This document shows, piece after piece, positions 9,285 through 19,913 of a stretch of DNA of 64,000 nt. A model generated the notes under the pieces. The model was not told the origin of the DNA and made no database searches. It worked only from the letters and a program-made list of their open reading frames with translations. Where the stretch lies: assembly GCA_038867615.1 (NCBI GenBank), contig JAWBYA010000002.1, positions 367,331 to 431,330 on the forward strand. Direction: 5' to 3'. The position numbers and the translations under genes are program-made. Source of the DNA: Sulfolobales archaeon (GTDB lineage: Archaea; Thermoproteota; Thermoprotei_A; Sulfolobales; AG1). Position 1 is the stretch's first letter; every line of letters starts with the position of its first letter.

Positions 9285-10415
9285 ATGAAGCAAGCAGAAC
9301 TATATAGAAAGCTTGAAGATAAGCGGGTTGAGTGCCTAGCCTGTGCGAGGAGGTGCAGGCTAGCCCCGGGACAGATAGGTTTCTGTGGGGTTAGGGGTAA
9401 CAAGGAGGGGGAGTTATATTTATTGGTATATGGTAAGGTTATAGCGATGCATGTAGATCCTATTGAGAAGAAGCCTTTAAGCCACTTCCACCCAGGATCG
9501 ATGGTTCTCTCGATAGCCACTACAGGTTGTAGCTGGGCATGTATGTATTGCCAGAACTTCGATATATCCCAAAGGAGGGTTGTAGAGGGTTTCGAGGTAT
9601 CGCCAGAGGAGATTGTCGACATAGCTTTGAAGGTGGGCGCACAGGGGATAACGTATACCTATAACGAGCCAAGCATCTTCGCCGAGTTTGCCCACGATGT
9701 TGGGGTTGCTGCTCACAAGAGGGGTCTTTTCAACAATTTCGTCTCTAACGGCTATCTAACGGATGAGGCTGTTGACTATTTATCAAAATTCCTCGATGCT
9801 ATTACAGTTGATTTTAAAGGGAATGCCGATGATACCTTCGCAAGGAAATTCATACTTATACCAAGCTATAAACCTGTTTTCGATGCTCTCTTGGAGCTTA
9901 AGAGGAAGAAGATCCACATAGAGATCACAGATCTAGTGATTCCGAAGGTTGGAGACGATCTGGAGAAGGCCAGAAAGCTTGTGAAATGGATCCACGATAA
10001 CCTTGGTCCCGAGACACCTATCCATTTCCTAAGATTCCACCCCGACTACAAGATGATGGATTACCCCTGGACCCCTATAGAGACTCTTGAGAAGCATATC
10101 AAAATAGCTAGGGAGGAGGGGATGAAATATGTCTATATAGGCAACGTACCAGGCCATCCAGATGAGCACACATACTGTCCAAAATGCGGTAATGTAGTGA
10201 TAGAGAGATACGGCTTCGAGATAGTGAGTTGGAGACTTACGAAAGATAATAGGTGTAGATTCTGTGGCGAGAAAATACCAATAGTAGGAACGCTCCACGA
10301 GACATATAGGGATAACAGGTTTTTCCCAATACCGATCTATAGGCTTAAGAGATTCGAAAGAGTAGATGCCAAAAAGATCTTGACATCGTCGAAGGAGCAG
10401 AGCAAGCGCAACTGA
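9285..10415 (+). CDS. amrS: AmmeMemoRadiSam system radical SAM enzyme (PFL-activase-like)
   Basis: [41 protein letters not shown]-terminal CPKC/CRFC. Confidence 0.88.
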   Translation: MKQAELYRKLEDKRVECLACARRCRLAPGQIGFCGVRGNKEGELYLLVYGKVIAMHVDPIEKKPLSHFHPGSMVLSIATTGCSWACMYCQNFDISQRRVVEGFEVSPEEIVDIALKVGAQGITYTYNEPSIFAEFAHDVGVAAHKRGLFNNFVSNGYLTDEAVDYLSKFLDAITVDFKGNADDTFARKFILIPSYKPVFDALLELKRKKIHIEITDLVIPKVGDDLEKARKLVKWIHDNLGPETPIHFLRFHPDYKMMDYPWTPIETLEKHIKIAREEGMKYVYIGNVPGHPDEHTYCPKCGNVVIERYGFEIVSWRLTKDNRCRFCGEKIPIVGTLHETYRDNRFFPIPIYRLKRFERVDAKKILTSSKEQSKRN

Positions 10416-10455
10416 TCTATAAAAGCTTATAATCAAGCTAACACTATCACACATT

Positions 10456-10797
10456 GTGATGAGCTTGGTGAAAGTTTTGCTCTTAATCATGTCAGGCGAC
10501 GAAAAAGCAGATCTTGGAGTTAGGTTCGCCTATAGATCAATAGAGAATCAGAGGTTCGAAGACCTGAAAGTCATATTCTTCGGCCCTAGCCAGAAGAGGA
10601 TCCTAGAGTACAGTGGTGAGATGAAGAAAATGCTGGATGAACTAAAGAAAAGAGGAGCTGTCGATGCTGCATGTATAGGCGTAGCCAAGGATCTAGGGAT
10701 CGAAAAGCCTCTGGAAGATCTCGGGCTCGCCTTAGTACCTGTGGGCAATAGAATCAAGTATTTCTTAGAAAAAGGATACCAGGTTATATCTTTCTAG
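10456..10797 (+). CDS. DsrE/DsrF-like protein
   Basis: VIFFGPS, AAC..VA and GYQVISF C-terminus typical of the DsrE fold. Confidence 0.7.
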   Translation: MMSLVKVLLLIMSGDEKADLGVRFAYRSIENQRFEDLKVIFFGPSQKRILEYSGEMKKMLDELKKRGAVDAACIGVAKDLGIEKPLEDLGLALVPVGNRIKYFLEKGYQVISF

Positions 10798-10799
10798 CA

Positions 10800-11090
10800 C
10801 TATTTAGTAGCAAGCTCCTGCTCGGTTTTTCTCCTCTTAACGGCGGCGTCAAACACTATCCAGTTTCTATACCACTCCTCGTTTTCCCTCCTCAAGAGCT
10901 CTAGAACCATTCTAGTAAGATCTTTTGCAGATACCTCCTTAACACCTTGATCTAGAAGCCTTCCCTCAATTATTTTAGCGATCTTTCTAGCGGCATCAAG
11001 CGTAGCCCCTGCCTTCATACAGCTCACAACGATTTTTTCGAACACGAATTCCTCCTTACTACCATCTCTTTTTACAACATATATGGTCAA
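10800..11090 (-). CDS. Stand-alone ATP-cone domain protein
   Basis: YVVKRDGSKEEFVFEKI ATP-cone signature. Confidence 0.85.
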   Translation of the reverse strand: MTIYVVKRDGSKEEFVFEKIVVSCMKAGATLDAARKIAKIIEGRLLDQGVKEVSAKDLTRMVLELLRRENEEWYRNWIVFDAAVKRRKTEQELATK

Positions 11091-11461
11091 GACCCGATCA
11101 CCATAACAATATCTTCAATTAAAAATATATCTATCATACTAATGTATCATAGATCCTTGACAATAATAAGACACACATGCCATAGCCCCGCGCTCTGCCC
11201 TAATAAGCTGATTTCTATGTCAACCCTTGATTGGTTGAAGAATACCACTTAGGCGGAAAGAGCTTATCCTAGAGATCTTCATATCGCTTGGCTCAGCGTT
11301 AGCATCACGAACGTGTGATAGAGCTTCCTTAGAGTATGTAAGAGTTTTTAGATGGGATGTAGAAGTATGTAGAAGAAAACAAATAATATCAACAAATATC
11401 AAGAGACAAACAGATAACAACATATATCTGACTAGTATGAACTATATACTGGTGGTTTGAA

Positions 11462-12655
11462 ATACTGGTATTCGCACTCGTGAAAGGAGTTCCAGCGAAC
11501 ACAGCAAGGGTTGTGACTGTAGGCGGTATCCTGAGGAGGGAGGAGATGGATATAGTTCTGAATCCTTATGATAGGAAAACAATCGAGGCTGCTGATTATA
11601 TGAGGAGAAGGGTTGGGGGAAAGCTTGTGGCAATGTCTATGGGTCCCCACCCAAAGATCATACCTATAATGAGAGAGATCTTCGATGCAGAGGTTTCTGG
11701 AATAGATGAGGCATATATATTAAGCGACAAGAGAATGGCTGGTGCTGATACATGGGCTACATCATATACGCTCTCTAGAGGGATCTTAAAAGTATTATCT
11801 ATACATAGAGAAGCGGTTGAGATGCTGGCTAACGCCATAGAATCTGGCGAGGCTATAGATAAGGTTGAGGCCCTAGCAACAGATCTATATAGGAGGAACC
11901 TTATACCCAACAAGATCTATAGTGATAAGCCATCAATAAGGGATACCCTTATTAATATGCTTAGAGAGGGAAAGATCTCTAGGAGCGATGCTGTAGAGCT
12001 CCTCAAGGAGGAGGCGAAGAGAGTTACAACGAACTTCGTTATTTTCTGTGGGATGAAAGCAGCTGATGGAGAGACTGGTAACGTTGGCCCCCAGGTTGCT
12101 GAGGCCCTTTCACAGGAGCTTGGGCTCACAATACCCCATGCGTCCTTTGTGGTTGATTATGAGTATATCGGTGAGAGGAACTCTCTCCTAGTTAAGAGGA
12201 GGCTCATAAACGTCATGCAGATCATAGAGTTAGATCTCCCGTCTGTTCTAACAATACATGTAGACTACTCAGCACCGCCTGTACCTCTCTCTGGCAGGAG
12301 AGCTTCTCTTATGAATTCATATAGGGGCAAAAACACCAATATAACTATATGGTCTGCTGACGATATAAAGGCTGATCCAAGATATATAGGACTTGCTGGA
12401 TCGCCAACCGTGGTTGGCCCAGGTATTGATATTGGTAGACCTCATGTTAGAAAGATTGTTGGATTATCTATCATAGCTGCCAAGGATATCGATAAGATCA
12501 GCTATGGTGATAAGACCTATGGTCCCTTCAAAAAAGGAGATCTTCTTGACAGCCTGCCCGAGGATCTTAAGAGGGATCTAGCAGCAAAGGGGCTGGCTAA
12601 GACCTTTGATTACGAGGATCTTGCTGAAGAGATCATAAACATATTGAGGGGGTAG
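11462..12655 (+). CDS. fixA: Electron transfer flavoprotein beta subunit (FixA/EtfB) with internal insert and C-terminal extension; start uncertain
   Basis: VKGVP, NPYD, SMGP, GADTWATS, G..AADGETGNVGPQ, GLAGSPT. Confidence 0.85.
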   Translation: MLVFALVKGVPANTARVVTVGGILRREEMDIVLNPYDRKTIEAADYMRRRVGGKLVAMSMGPHPKIIPIMREIFDAEVSGIDEAYILSDKRMAGADTWATSYTLSRGILKVLSIHREAVEMLANAIESGEAIDKVEALATDLYRRNLIPNKIYSDKPSIRDTLINMLREGKISRSDAVELLKEEAKRVTTNFVIFCGMKAADGETGNVGPQVAEALSQELGLTIPHASFVVDYEYIGERNSLLVKRRLINVMQIIELDLPSVLTIHVDYSAPPVPLSGRRASLMNSYRGKNTNITIWSADDIKADPRYIGLAGSPTVVGPGIDIGRPHVRKIVGLSIIAAKDIDKISYGDKTYGPFKKGDLLDSLPEDLKRDLAAKGLAKTFDYEDLAEEIINILRG

Positions 12656-12663
12656 ATGGTTCT

Positions 12664-13815
12664 ATGCAGCCGCAAAACCGGCAGGCACCGACTCTCAACA
12701 TGCTTCCATCAACTCCAGATATAGAGAGCTATAGGGATGTCTGGACATTCGTCGAGATCTTTAGAGGAGAACTGATAAGCTATAGCCTTGAGGGGATAGC
12801 TGCTGCTAAAAAGATAGCTTCTAAGGTTGGCATGAAAGTAGGGGCTCTCGTAGCTGGCGATAAAGTTAGCGATGATATTGCTAAAACACTGATAGAACAC
12901 GGCGCAGACTATGTAGTTGCTGTAGAACACCAATACCTAGCTGATTACGAGCCCCTCGCCTATACCGAGGCTTTGGAAGAGATTGTGAGGCTTAGGAAGC
13001 CGTGGGCTCTTATATTTATGGCCGATGAGGTGGGCAGAGATCTAGCCCCAAGACTTGCCTACAGGCTTGTCACAGGGCTTGCTACAGATAATATTGATTT
13101 CGATGTCGAGGACTTTTTCCACGGACTCTTGAAAGAGAAGTTCTCAAACATACTGGCTCAGATAAGGCCTGACTTTGCTACAAGGATAGCTAAGATATAT
13201 ACGCCGAGACATAGACCCCAGATAGCGTCTCTCCGACCGGGCTCTTTCAAACCACTCCAGAGAGATCCATCTAGGGTTGGGGATGTATATAGATACACAC
13301 CAGCACTTAAAAATTACCAGAAGAAAGTAAGGATCGTGGACTACGAGAAGATCGAGGATAGAGGCGCTGAGCTCCTAAGCGCGAAGTTGATAGTGGGTCT
13401 AGGGCTAGGGATCTTGAGGGATGCCGAGGGAAACGCCAAGAACCCTCTAGAGGCTGTCGACATGGCTAAAAAGATCCTAGATCTTGTCAGAAGAAAACTC
13501 GGTGTGGAGACAGCACTGGGAGCTTCTAGAGCACTTATACATGCAGATGTAAAGGAGCTGAGGGAGATCATAACACACGATATACAGATCGGACAGACCG
13601 GAAAGACAGTATCGCCCAAGGTATATATAGCTGCTGGTATAAGTGGTGCGATACAACATAGAGTAGGGATCCTGAGGGCCGGCAGTGTGGTTGCCATAAA
13701 TATAGACTCCAGAGCACCGATACACGAGATAGCTCACTACTCAATAATAGAAGACCTATATAGAGCCTTACCTAAGCTTTACGAGGCGTTGCAGAAAAAG
13801 CTTGAGAGTAGGTGA
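12664..13815 (+). CDS. fixB: Electron transfer flavoprotein alpha subunit (FixB/EtfA)
   Basis: GRDLAPRLA, QIGQTGKTVSPKVYIAAGISGAIQH. Confidence 0.9.
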   Translation: MQPQNRQAPTLNMLPSTPDIESYRDVWTFVEIFRGELISYSLEGIAAAKKIASKVGMKVGALVAGDKVSDDIAKTLIEHGADYVVAVEHQYLADYEPLAYTEALEEIVRLRKPWALIFMADEVGRDLAPRLAYRLVTGLATDNIDFDVEDFFHGLLKEKFSNILAQIRPDFATRIAKIYTPRHRPQIASLRPGSFKPLQRDPSRVGDVYRYTPALKNYQKKVRIVDYEKIEDRGAELLSAKLIVGLGLGILRDAEGNAKNPLEAVDMAKKILDLVRRKLGVETALGASRALIHADVKELREIITHDIQIGQTGKTVSPKVYIAAGISGAIQHRVGILRAGSVVAINIDSRAPIHEIAHYSIIEDLYRALPKLYEALQKKLESR

Positions 13816-15539
13816 GGATAGTGGTAGATAAGCACGATGTAATAGTAGTAGGGGCAGGACTGGCCGGGAGTGCTGCTGCATATTATCTAGCTAAGAGGGG
13901 CTATGATGTACTCTTGGTTGAAAAAGCCAAAGTACCTGGGCAGAGGAACGTTACTGGAGGCATTCTCTACGGATCCTTTATCCCGGGGTATGGATTAATA
14001 GACCTCATACCGGATTTTGAAAGCGAGGCCCCCCTCGAGAGGAAGGTGGTAAAATACAGGCTTGCAATGATATCAAGCCCCACATACCCCGCTGAGTATA
14101 GATATAGGGCTGTCGCTCCTAACGAGAGATCATATATGGTTCTAGAGATAGATGAGACGTCAGTGCTCGATAGATTTATCCATAGAGGTATATCCACAGG
14201 GCATGACTACACAGTGATCAGGGCTAAGTTTGATAGATGGTTCGCAAGAAAAGTTGAAGAAGTTGGGGGAATTGTGGTCACAGCAACAGCTGTCGAGGAT
14301 CTCGTTATCGAGGATGAAAAGGTAGTTGGTATAAGAACAAATAAGGAGGAGATACACGCGGATCTCGTTATCGATGCTAGCGGTATTACAAGCAAGCTCG
14401 TAATAAAGGCTGGGCTTAGAAAACCCCTAGATCCTAGCCAGGTTTACCATGGTATCAAACAGGTTTACCAACTGAGTGAGGATGAAATTAACAAGAGGTT
14501 CGGGCTTAAAAACGGTGAGGGGATGGCTATAGCTATAATGGGTGATTTCCTCAGAGGAATGATCGGTGGTGGCTTCATATATACAAACAGGGATACGATC
14601 TCGGTAGGCCTTGTTGTTACAATGAGCAGCATGCTCAAGAGTCTCAGAAAAAACGTCGAAGAGATTGGAAAGCCGTTGGACGTGCTAGAGGATATGATCT
14701 CGCACCCGTATGTGAGCAGATTTATAGATGGTGCAAAGCTTGTTGAGTACTCAGCACACAACATTCCCAAAGGACCCATGACTTTTCTAGAAAAGCCTTT
14801 GAGAAGCGGCTTTCTAGTAGCTGGGGATGCTTTGGGAGCGTTTGTAAAGATAGGAGGTCTTATAGACGGTATGAGGAGAGCCATAGCTACAGGGATCATG
14901 GCTGCCCAGACCTATATATATGCTAGGAAGAACAACGACTTCAGCGAAAAGACTCTCTCAATATACCTAGATCTCCTCCAACCGATCTATAGGGATATCA
15001 GGAGGGCTGCTAGAAACAGCACCCTATCCGAGAGCAGGATTCTGTATGGTCCCGGGTATAGGCTTCTCCTAAGATTTCTCGGGAAAAAGGTCTTGGGAAC
15101 CATAGGGGAGAGGATAAATAATAAGGATGCCTTACAGAAGATCCAGGAGAGAACAGGGCTCCTAGTATATGAGGAGGATAAGAACTACTCACACATAAAG
15201 ATAGACTACGCCGCAGCTAATAGAGATCCGTATAAGCTCTGGGTCCCAGCATGCCCAACCAACTGCTACACATTATCGGTTCCCGGAAAGGGTATATTCG
15301 CCTCATATAGGGATCTATATAAACATAACCTAGAGAGGCTTAAAAAAACAGGATCTAGTGGTAAGGATCTCGAGAAAAAAGCCCTCGAAGAGACATGGAG
15401 AGACGTTGCTAGAGCTGAGATCAGGTTTGATCATGTTGCGTGCGTCTCATGCGGAACATGCTGGGTGATCGGTCCTCCAGATGTCATTTCATTCAACCCA
15501 GAGAGAAGCGGACATGGAGTTAAGTTTAGATACGGCTAG
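13812..15539 (+). CDS. fixC: FixC-type flavoprotein (ETF-quinone oxidoreductase) fused to FixX ferredoxin
   Basis: GAGLAG FAD motif, RAKFDRW, LVEYSAH, GDA; C-terminal ACPTNCY...CVSCGTC...GVKFRYG. Confidence 0.85.
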   Translation: MRIVVDKHDVIVVGAGLAGSAAAYYLAKRGYDVLLVEKAKVPGQRNVTGGILYGSFIPGYGLIDLIPDFESEAPLERKVVKYRLAMISSPTYPAEYRYRAVAPNERSYMVLEIDETSVLDRFIHRGISTGHDYTVIRAKFDRWFARKVEEVGGIVVTATAVEDLVIEDEKVVGIRTNKEEIHADLVIDASGITSKLVIKAGLRKPLDPSQVYHGIKQVYQLSEDEINKRFGLKNGEGMAIAIMGDFLRGMIGGGFIYTNRDTISVGLVVTMSSMLKSLRKNVEEIGKPLDVLEDMISHPYVSRFIDGAKLVEYSAHNIPKGPMTFLEKPLRSGFLVAGDALGAFVKIGGLIDGMRRAIATGIMAAQTYIYARKNNDFSEKTLSIYLDLLQPIYRDIRRAARNSTLSESRILYGPGYRLLLRFLGKKVLGTIGERINNKDALQKIQERTGLLVYEEDKNYSHIKIDYAAANRDPYKLWVPACPTNCYTLSVPGKGIFASYRDLYKHNLERLKKTGSSGKDLEKKALEETWRDVARAEIRFDHVACVSCGTCWVIGPPDVISFNPERSGHGVKFRYG

Positions 15540-15578
15540 GCTTTAGTATTTACCGACGCCTGTTTTACCACGGTGTTT

Positions 15579-16289
15579 TCAGGACTCCTCCTGGGATTCT
15601 TCGTAAACTTTTCTCTCGAGGGGGGGTGTCATAACCCTCTCCCTGAGATAGTTAACTATCTTCCTAGCCTCATCCTCAGCAACGTGCCTACCTATCTTTT
15701 GGGCTTCCAGTATCTTCTGCGCCAGCACGCCCTCAGGCGACTCTCCCTCTTGGATAGGGATTCTTAGTCTCTCAAACACCATTGGGCTTGGATGCAATAT
15801 CGCCCCTTTCTTTATAAACAGTTCGTTATCAAGCCGGGTTACAACAAGCGAACCGACCTCTTCATCACCTAGTTTTAGAGTATATACTAGATCGCCATCC
15901 AGGGTCTCGCCAAGCTTTACAACCTGATACTCAACGCCTTTTCCAAAAGCCTCTTGCCAAAGCATTGCACCACCAATGGATCTGACTATATTATCGATCT
16001 CCTTATCCCTCCTGAATACTTCTATCGATAATCTAGAAGGATCCCATACGATCTTTCCACCCTCTATTTGATAGTCTATCCTTATCCTGACTACATCGCC
16101 CTTATCAACCTTAAACCTATCAACAAGAATCTTATACAACGTACTGTTGAGCTCACCAATTGCTCTCGCAACCTCCTGCGACGAGATAACTCCTCCCCTA
16201 ATCTCGTCTCTGAGCTGGGCAAACGCTGTTCTCCTAAGCTTATCAGCATACCCACCAGCTATTACATAACCAGAGCTTAATGTTGGCAT
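15579..16289 (-). CDS. DUF2258 / ThermoDBP-related nucleic-acid-binding protein
   Basis: MPTLSSGYVIAGGYADKLRRT...KGDVVRIRIDY signature; ATG after GGTGA SD. Confidence 0.75.
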   Translation of the reverse strand: MPTLSSGYVIAGGYADKLRRTAFAQLRDEIRGGVISSQEVARAIGELNSTLYKILVDRFKVDKGDVVRIRIDYQIEGGKIVWDPSRLSIEVFRRDKEIDNIVRSIGGAMLWQEAFGKGVEYQVVKLGETLDGDLVYTLKLGDEEVGSLVVTRLDNELFIKKGAILHPSPMVFERLRIPIQEGESPEGVLAQKILEAQKIGRHVAEDEARKIVNYLRERVMTPPLERKVYEESQEES

Positions 16290-16503
16290 AGTATCACCAT
16301 AGATCACTTATATATAAGGGGATAATAAATCGAACATACTGTTAATAGCAGTTTCATAATAGTAAAGTTGATAGTACGCCCATGAATCAACAGGGATAGA
16401 GATCCTGCGGGCGGTGGAAACTCCTGGATATAACTATGAATAAAGATAAAGTGATTGAAACTAACACCCAGGTATAAACAGGCTGTGCAGCCAGAACTCT
16501 TAA

Positions 16504-16926
16504 CTAGGGGTATGAGACTCTACAGAAGTAGCTGGCTCCCTCGTATAGGGTTACCCTTACAATTATATCTTTTCTTCCAATCAGCTTGTATATATTCTCG
16601 GCTATCATCAATGCCATGTTCTCTAGGGTTGGATTACCTTTATCACATATCGTGATTTTTCTAAATATCGTCTGGACCTCGTCGCTGATCGTATAGCCTT
16701 TAGGTACTATCAAAGATCTGTCTAGATTGCTTGCCACACTTCTCACGATTCTCTCAAGCTCTCTAAGATCTAATATATAGCCCTCAGAACCCGGCTTCCC
16801 ATAAATCTCTACAGATAGCCTATAGGTATGTCCATGCGGTATCAAGTCTATATCTAGAAAACCATGTGTTATATGCATAGCCTCAAAGTATATACCGTCA
16901 ACTCCAATGCTGATCTCTAAAGCAAT
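16504..16926 (-). CDS. 6-pyruvoyl-tetrahydropterin synthase / QueD-family (COG0720) protein; start uncertain
   Basis: FEAMH...HGHTY, NPTLENMA, YEG motifs; the FEAxH motif begins upstream of the first ATG (16878). Confidence 0.75.
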   Translation of the reverse strand: MALEISIGVDGIYFEAMHITHGFLDIDLIPHGHTYRLSVEIYGKPGSEGYILDLRELERIVRSVASNLDRSLIVPKGYTISDEVQTIFRKITICDKGNPTLENMALMIAENIYKLIGRKDIIVRVTLYEGASYFCRVSYP

Positions 16927-17159
16927 ACACCCCTTAATATGAATAGCAGTCCCGAATTAATAGCGAAGTCTATAATCTAGCCCTGGTGCGGGTCGTCTAA
17001 ACAACATATAGAGAGGGGTTTAGAGATACAGACGTTCTAGCCAAGATCTTCCAAGTATTAGTTATGATCGGAAACAAGAGCTTTTATCTAGAAGAGAGAT
17101 TCGAGGCTATTTTAAGCCCAGACGCCAACGCCTCTTTTAGCAATCTTGTCTGCAGAGAC

Positions 17160-17771
17160 CTAGGGTAGAGGCAGTGCTATAAGAACCATATAGCCCTTGG
17201 GGTCAGTGATTCTTAGGCTTATCATTGTACCGCTGGTGAATCTCTTATCGCTAAAGACTATAGCATCGCCACCCACGGTTCTGGGATCATCGTGATTGAT
17301 GATAACTATCCTAAGAACCTTTAACTCGCCTGGCATAACCGCCGGTGTATGAGTCCTTGTATTGGGAAATCCCGTAGGTGTAACAATATCATCGTTAATC
17401 ACTATATCTATGTAGGGGATCTCGAAGGCCACGCCTCCATTATTCCTTATACTAAGCACTACATCCCACATAACCCTATCCTCTACAACAGCAACCTTAG
17501 AGATCCTCATAACCTTTACATCGATCATAGGCTGAGAAGCGCTTCCTTGGAAGACCCCAAGGATGAATGATGCAAATAAAGCGGAAAGTAACGTGGCAAG
17601 CAGAGTAAGGCCGGTTACAACTATGACTTGACTGTTGGCAGCATTCTTAAGAGCTTTACACCTCAGAGGGATAGACAAATCAGAAATAACCGGATAATGA
17701 TAACGCACATTACCCTTAGAGGACATACCATGACCCATATGTCTTACCCTCTCGACAGCCATACAGATCAT
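17160..17771 (-). CDS. Pilin/archaellin-like membrane protein (start probably downstream of the ORF call)
   Basis: Basic stretch, then hydrophobic helix (NSQVIVVTGLTLLATLLSALFASFILG), then beta-rich domain with IRNNG. Confidence 0.5.
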   Translation of the reverse strand: MICMAVERVRHMGHGMSSKGNVRYHYPVISDLSIPLRCKALKNAANSQVIVVTGLTLLATLLSALFASFILGVFQGSASQPMIDVKVMRISKVAVVEDRVMWDVVLSIRNNGGVAFEIPYIDIVINDDIVTPTGFPNTRTHTPAVMPGELKVLRIVIINHDDPRTVGGDAIVFSDKRFTSGTMISLRITDPKGYMVLIALPLP

Positions 17772-18584
17772 TTACTATTGATCTGTAGAGGAATATATTA
17801 AGCAACCGCGCGAAAATCGCAGAATACCATATGAAAAGATTTTAAGCATCACCAAGAAAAATAGAATTAACACTACATAGCCTCTCACAATAATAAGCCA
17901 AGGCGTAAATAATAATTTATCATTATTAATAATATTGATTTCTTTTTTACCAAGTATCCCTGCCTCTCTACGCTTGTTAATTCACACCGATATAATCGTG
18001 CTAAATCGAATCGCGGCTTCTACACAAACATTGTAGGACAACAAGGGCAACAGTGGATTTAGAATCGATACCCATCATCAGTTCTATTGAGAGAATCCCA
18101 TAACATAGGGGCCGTTAACGTTCAATACAAAATACCCGACCACATAAAAACAACAAAACAATTAAAGGTTAGACGTGACGAACCATTAACTAAATATGAT
18201 AGAAATCACTTATACAGAGTCGGGCTTTCATAGGGATTGGTCTTCTTAGTACCAACCGCTCAGTTCCTAGCTTCACACGTAGTACTTCTTTTATCAGAGC
18301 CCCCATCGCTAACCCCCACCTATTCAGAGAGACCCCAACCCACAGCCCCCAATAATATGCCTCAGATCCACCGCTGTGAAAAACCTCTATATCCTGGATC
18401 TCTTTTAACCCGCCTACTCAGGTTCTCTATCTTTACCATCATTGTTGGACGGGCATCTCCATAGAATAACAGGGCTTATATAATGTTCCATTATTGCAGA
18501 ACTGCGAGTTAATATCATCATTATAAGCCTCATGAAACAAGAAACAGACGACCTGGCCAAATAAGACTCTTGGGAGACTAGGGT

Positions 18585-19121
18585 TTAGCCGCATGAAACC
18601 ATTGCTATTCCATCTATTATTGGTAGAAGCTCTTCTAAGGCCTTCTGGTTGCAAGTCTCCACCAGAATCCTACCAGCTGCCGCCCCCGCGTATATCTTGA
18701 GATCCCTGGTTATGGATATTGCTCTTAAAGGAATGATTGTTATGTCGGGGACTAGAAGGGCTATTATGCCTAGACTATATTGCAAATGATCTTCGTGGAT
18801 TCTTATACCTATGCTCTTATACGCCTCCTGAGCAATCCTCAATGTCTCCACAGTTTTAAGCAGCTTTAGGTCTAGTGCTACTACGAAGTTCCAGAGAGGT
18901 GTTATGAGATCTAGGCCTCTTGGTGGTTTCTCTGGATCTATGAGGGCTATGATCTCAAGCTCCCTCGCAGGCTCTTTAGGATCGACTCCGCAGCTCTTCA
19001 TAGCATCAACAATCATGGCTGGAGATACAGAGTCTACACCCCTCAGATCTATGTATACACCATCAACCCTAGAGGGGCGTTCACCAGCATGCGGCTCCAT
19101 ATATACCTTCAAATGCTTCAT
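18585..19121 (-). CDS. Hypothetical protein
   Basis: 178-aa ORF with SD, co-oriented downstream of the phosphoesterase. Confidence 0.6.
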   Translation of the reverse strand: MKHLKVYMEPHAGERPSRVDGVYIDLRGVDSVSPAMIVDAMKSCGVDPKEPARELEIIALIDPEKPPRGLDLITPLWNFVVALDLKLLKTVETLRIAQEAYKSIGIRIHEDHLQYSLGIIALLVPDITIIPLRAISITRDLKIYAGAAAGRILVETCNQKALEELLPIIDGIAMVSCG

Positions 19122-19138
19122 AAAAACACACCTTAGTG

Positions 19139-19648
19139 CTAAATCTCAACTATCCTTGCTTCCATCCTACTTATATCAAGAACCGCAACTGTAGATCTCC
19201 CAGTAAGGATTCCGTAAACCTCTCCCGGATTTATGATCAGGGTTCCTTTCTCAACCCTTACATCTGGTTCATGTGTATGTCCATAGAGAACCAGATCATA
19301 GTCACCGCTTTTGGCAATACTATTGATAATAGCCCTCGTCCTTTCCTTAGAGCCATATCCATGGACCATGAAGACCCGTTTACCCCCGATCTCTAACTCG
19401 AACGGTGGTTCATAGAGCTCCTGACCAGCCCTCACAGCTATCTCCCTTAAACCCAGCTTCTCTCCATCATTGTTACCAAAGATCCCGACAAACCTAACCC
19501 CGCTTCTCAGTATCCTTGCAAGAGAAAACGGCGCCACATAATCTCCTAAATGTATTATCATCCTAACCCCACTGCTAGAGAAAAAGCTCATAGCAGCATC
19601 TATTTTGGCAATATTATCATGGCTATCACTCATAATGCCTATGAGCAT
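19139..19648 (-). CDS. YfcE/MJ0936-family metallophosphoesterase
   Basis: SDSHDN, HLGD, GNND, VHG, GHTH, INPG motifs. Confidence 0.9.
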   Translation of the reverse strand: MLIGIMSDSHDNIAKIDAAMSFFSSSGVRMIIHLGDYVAPFSLARILRSGVRFVGIFGNNDGEKLGLREIAVRAGQELYEPPFELEIGGKRVFMVHGYGSKERTRAIINSIAKSGDYDLVLYGHTHEPDVRVEKGTLIINPGEVYGILTGRSTVAVLDISRMEARIVEI

Positions 19649-19913
19649 AGAACCACCATCGATCCTCTACCACTAACGCTTTTAAGCAGAAAACCGTTGG
19701 CCAACGCTTCGAAACCTACTAGGGTTTACAAAAACCAATACTAAATCTATGGTTCTACGAGAACACAAGACCCGGTGAAATACTCTACAGAGATGCCAGC
19801 CCACGGTTTACTTCATAAAGACCAAAGCAATCAAGGAATATAAGGATTGGCGTGATAGTGGTTCGTATCAAAGCTTTCTGCCGGTCAAAAATCTAAAGTG
19901 TGGTGGTTATGTT

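Noticed and set aside
18190-18470. C-rich intergenic patch as an IS or toxin-antitoxin remnant
   Set aside because: Fragmented frames with no motif I can identify confidently.
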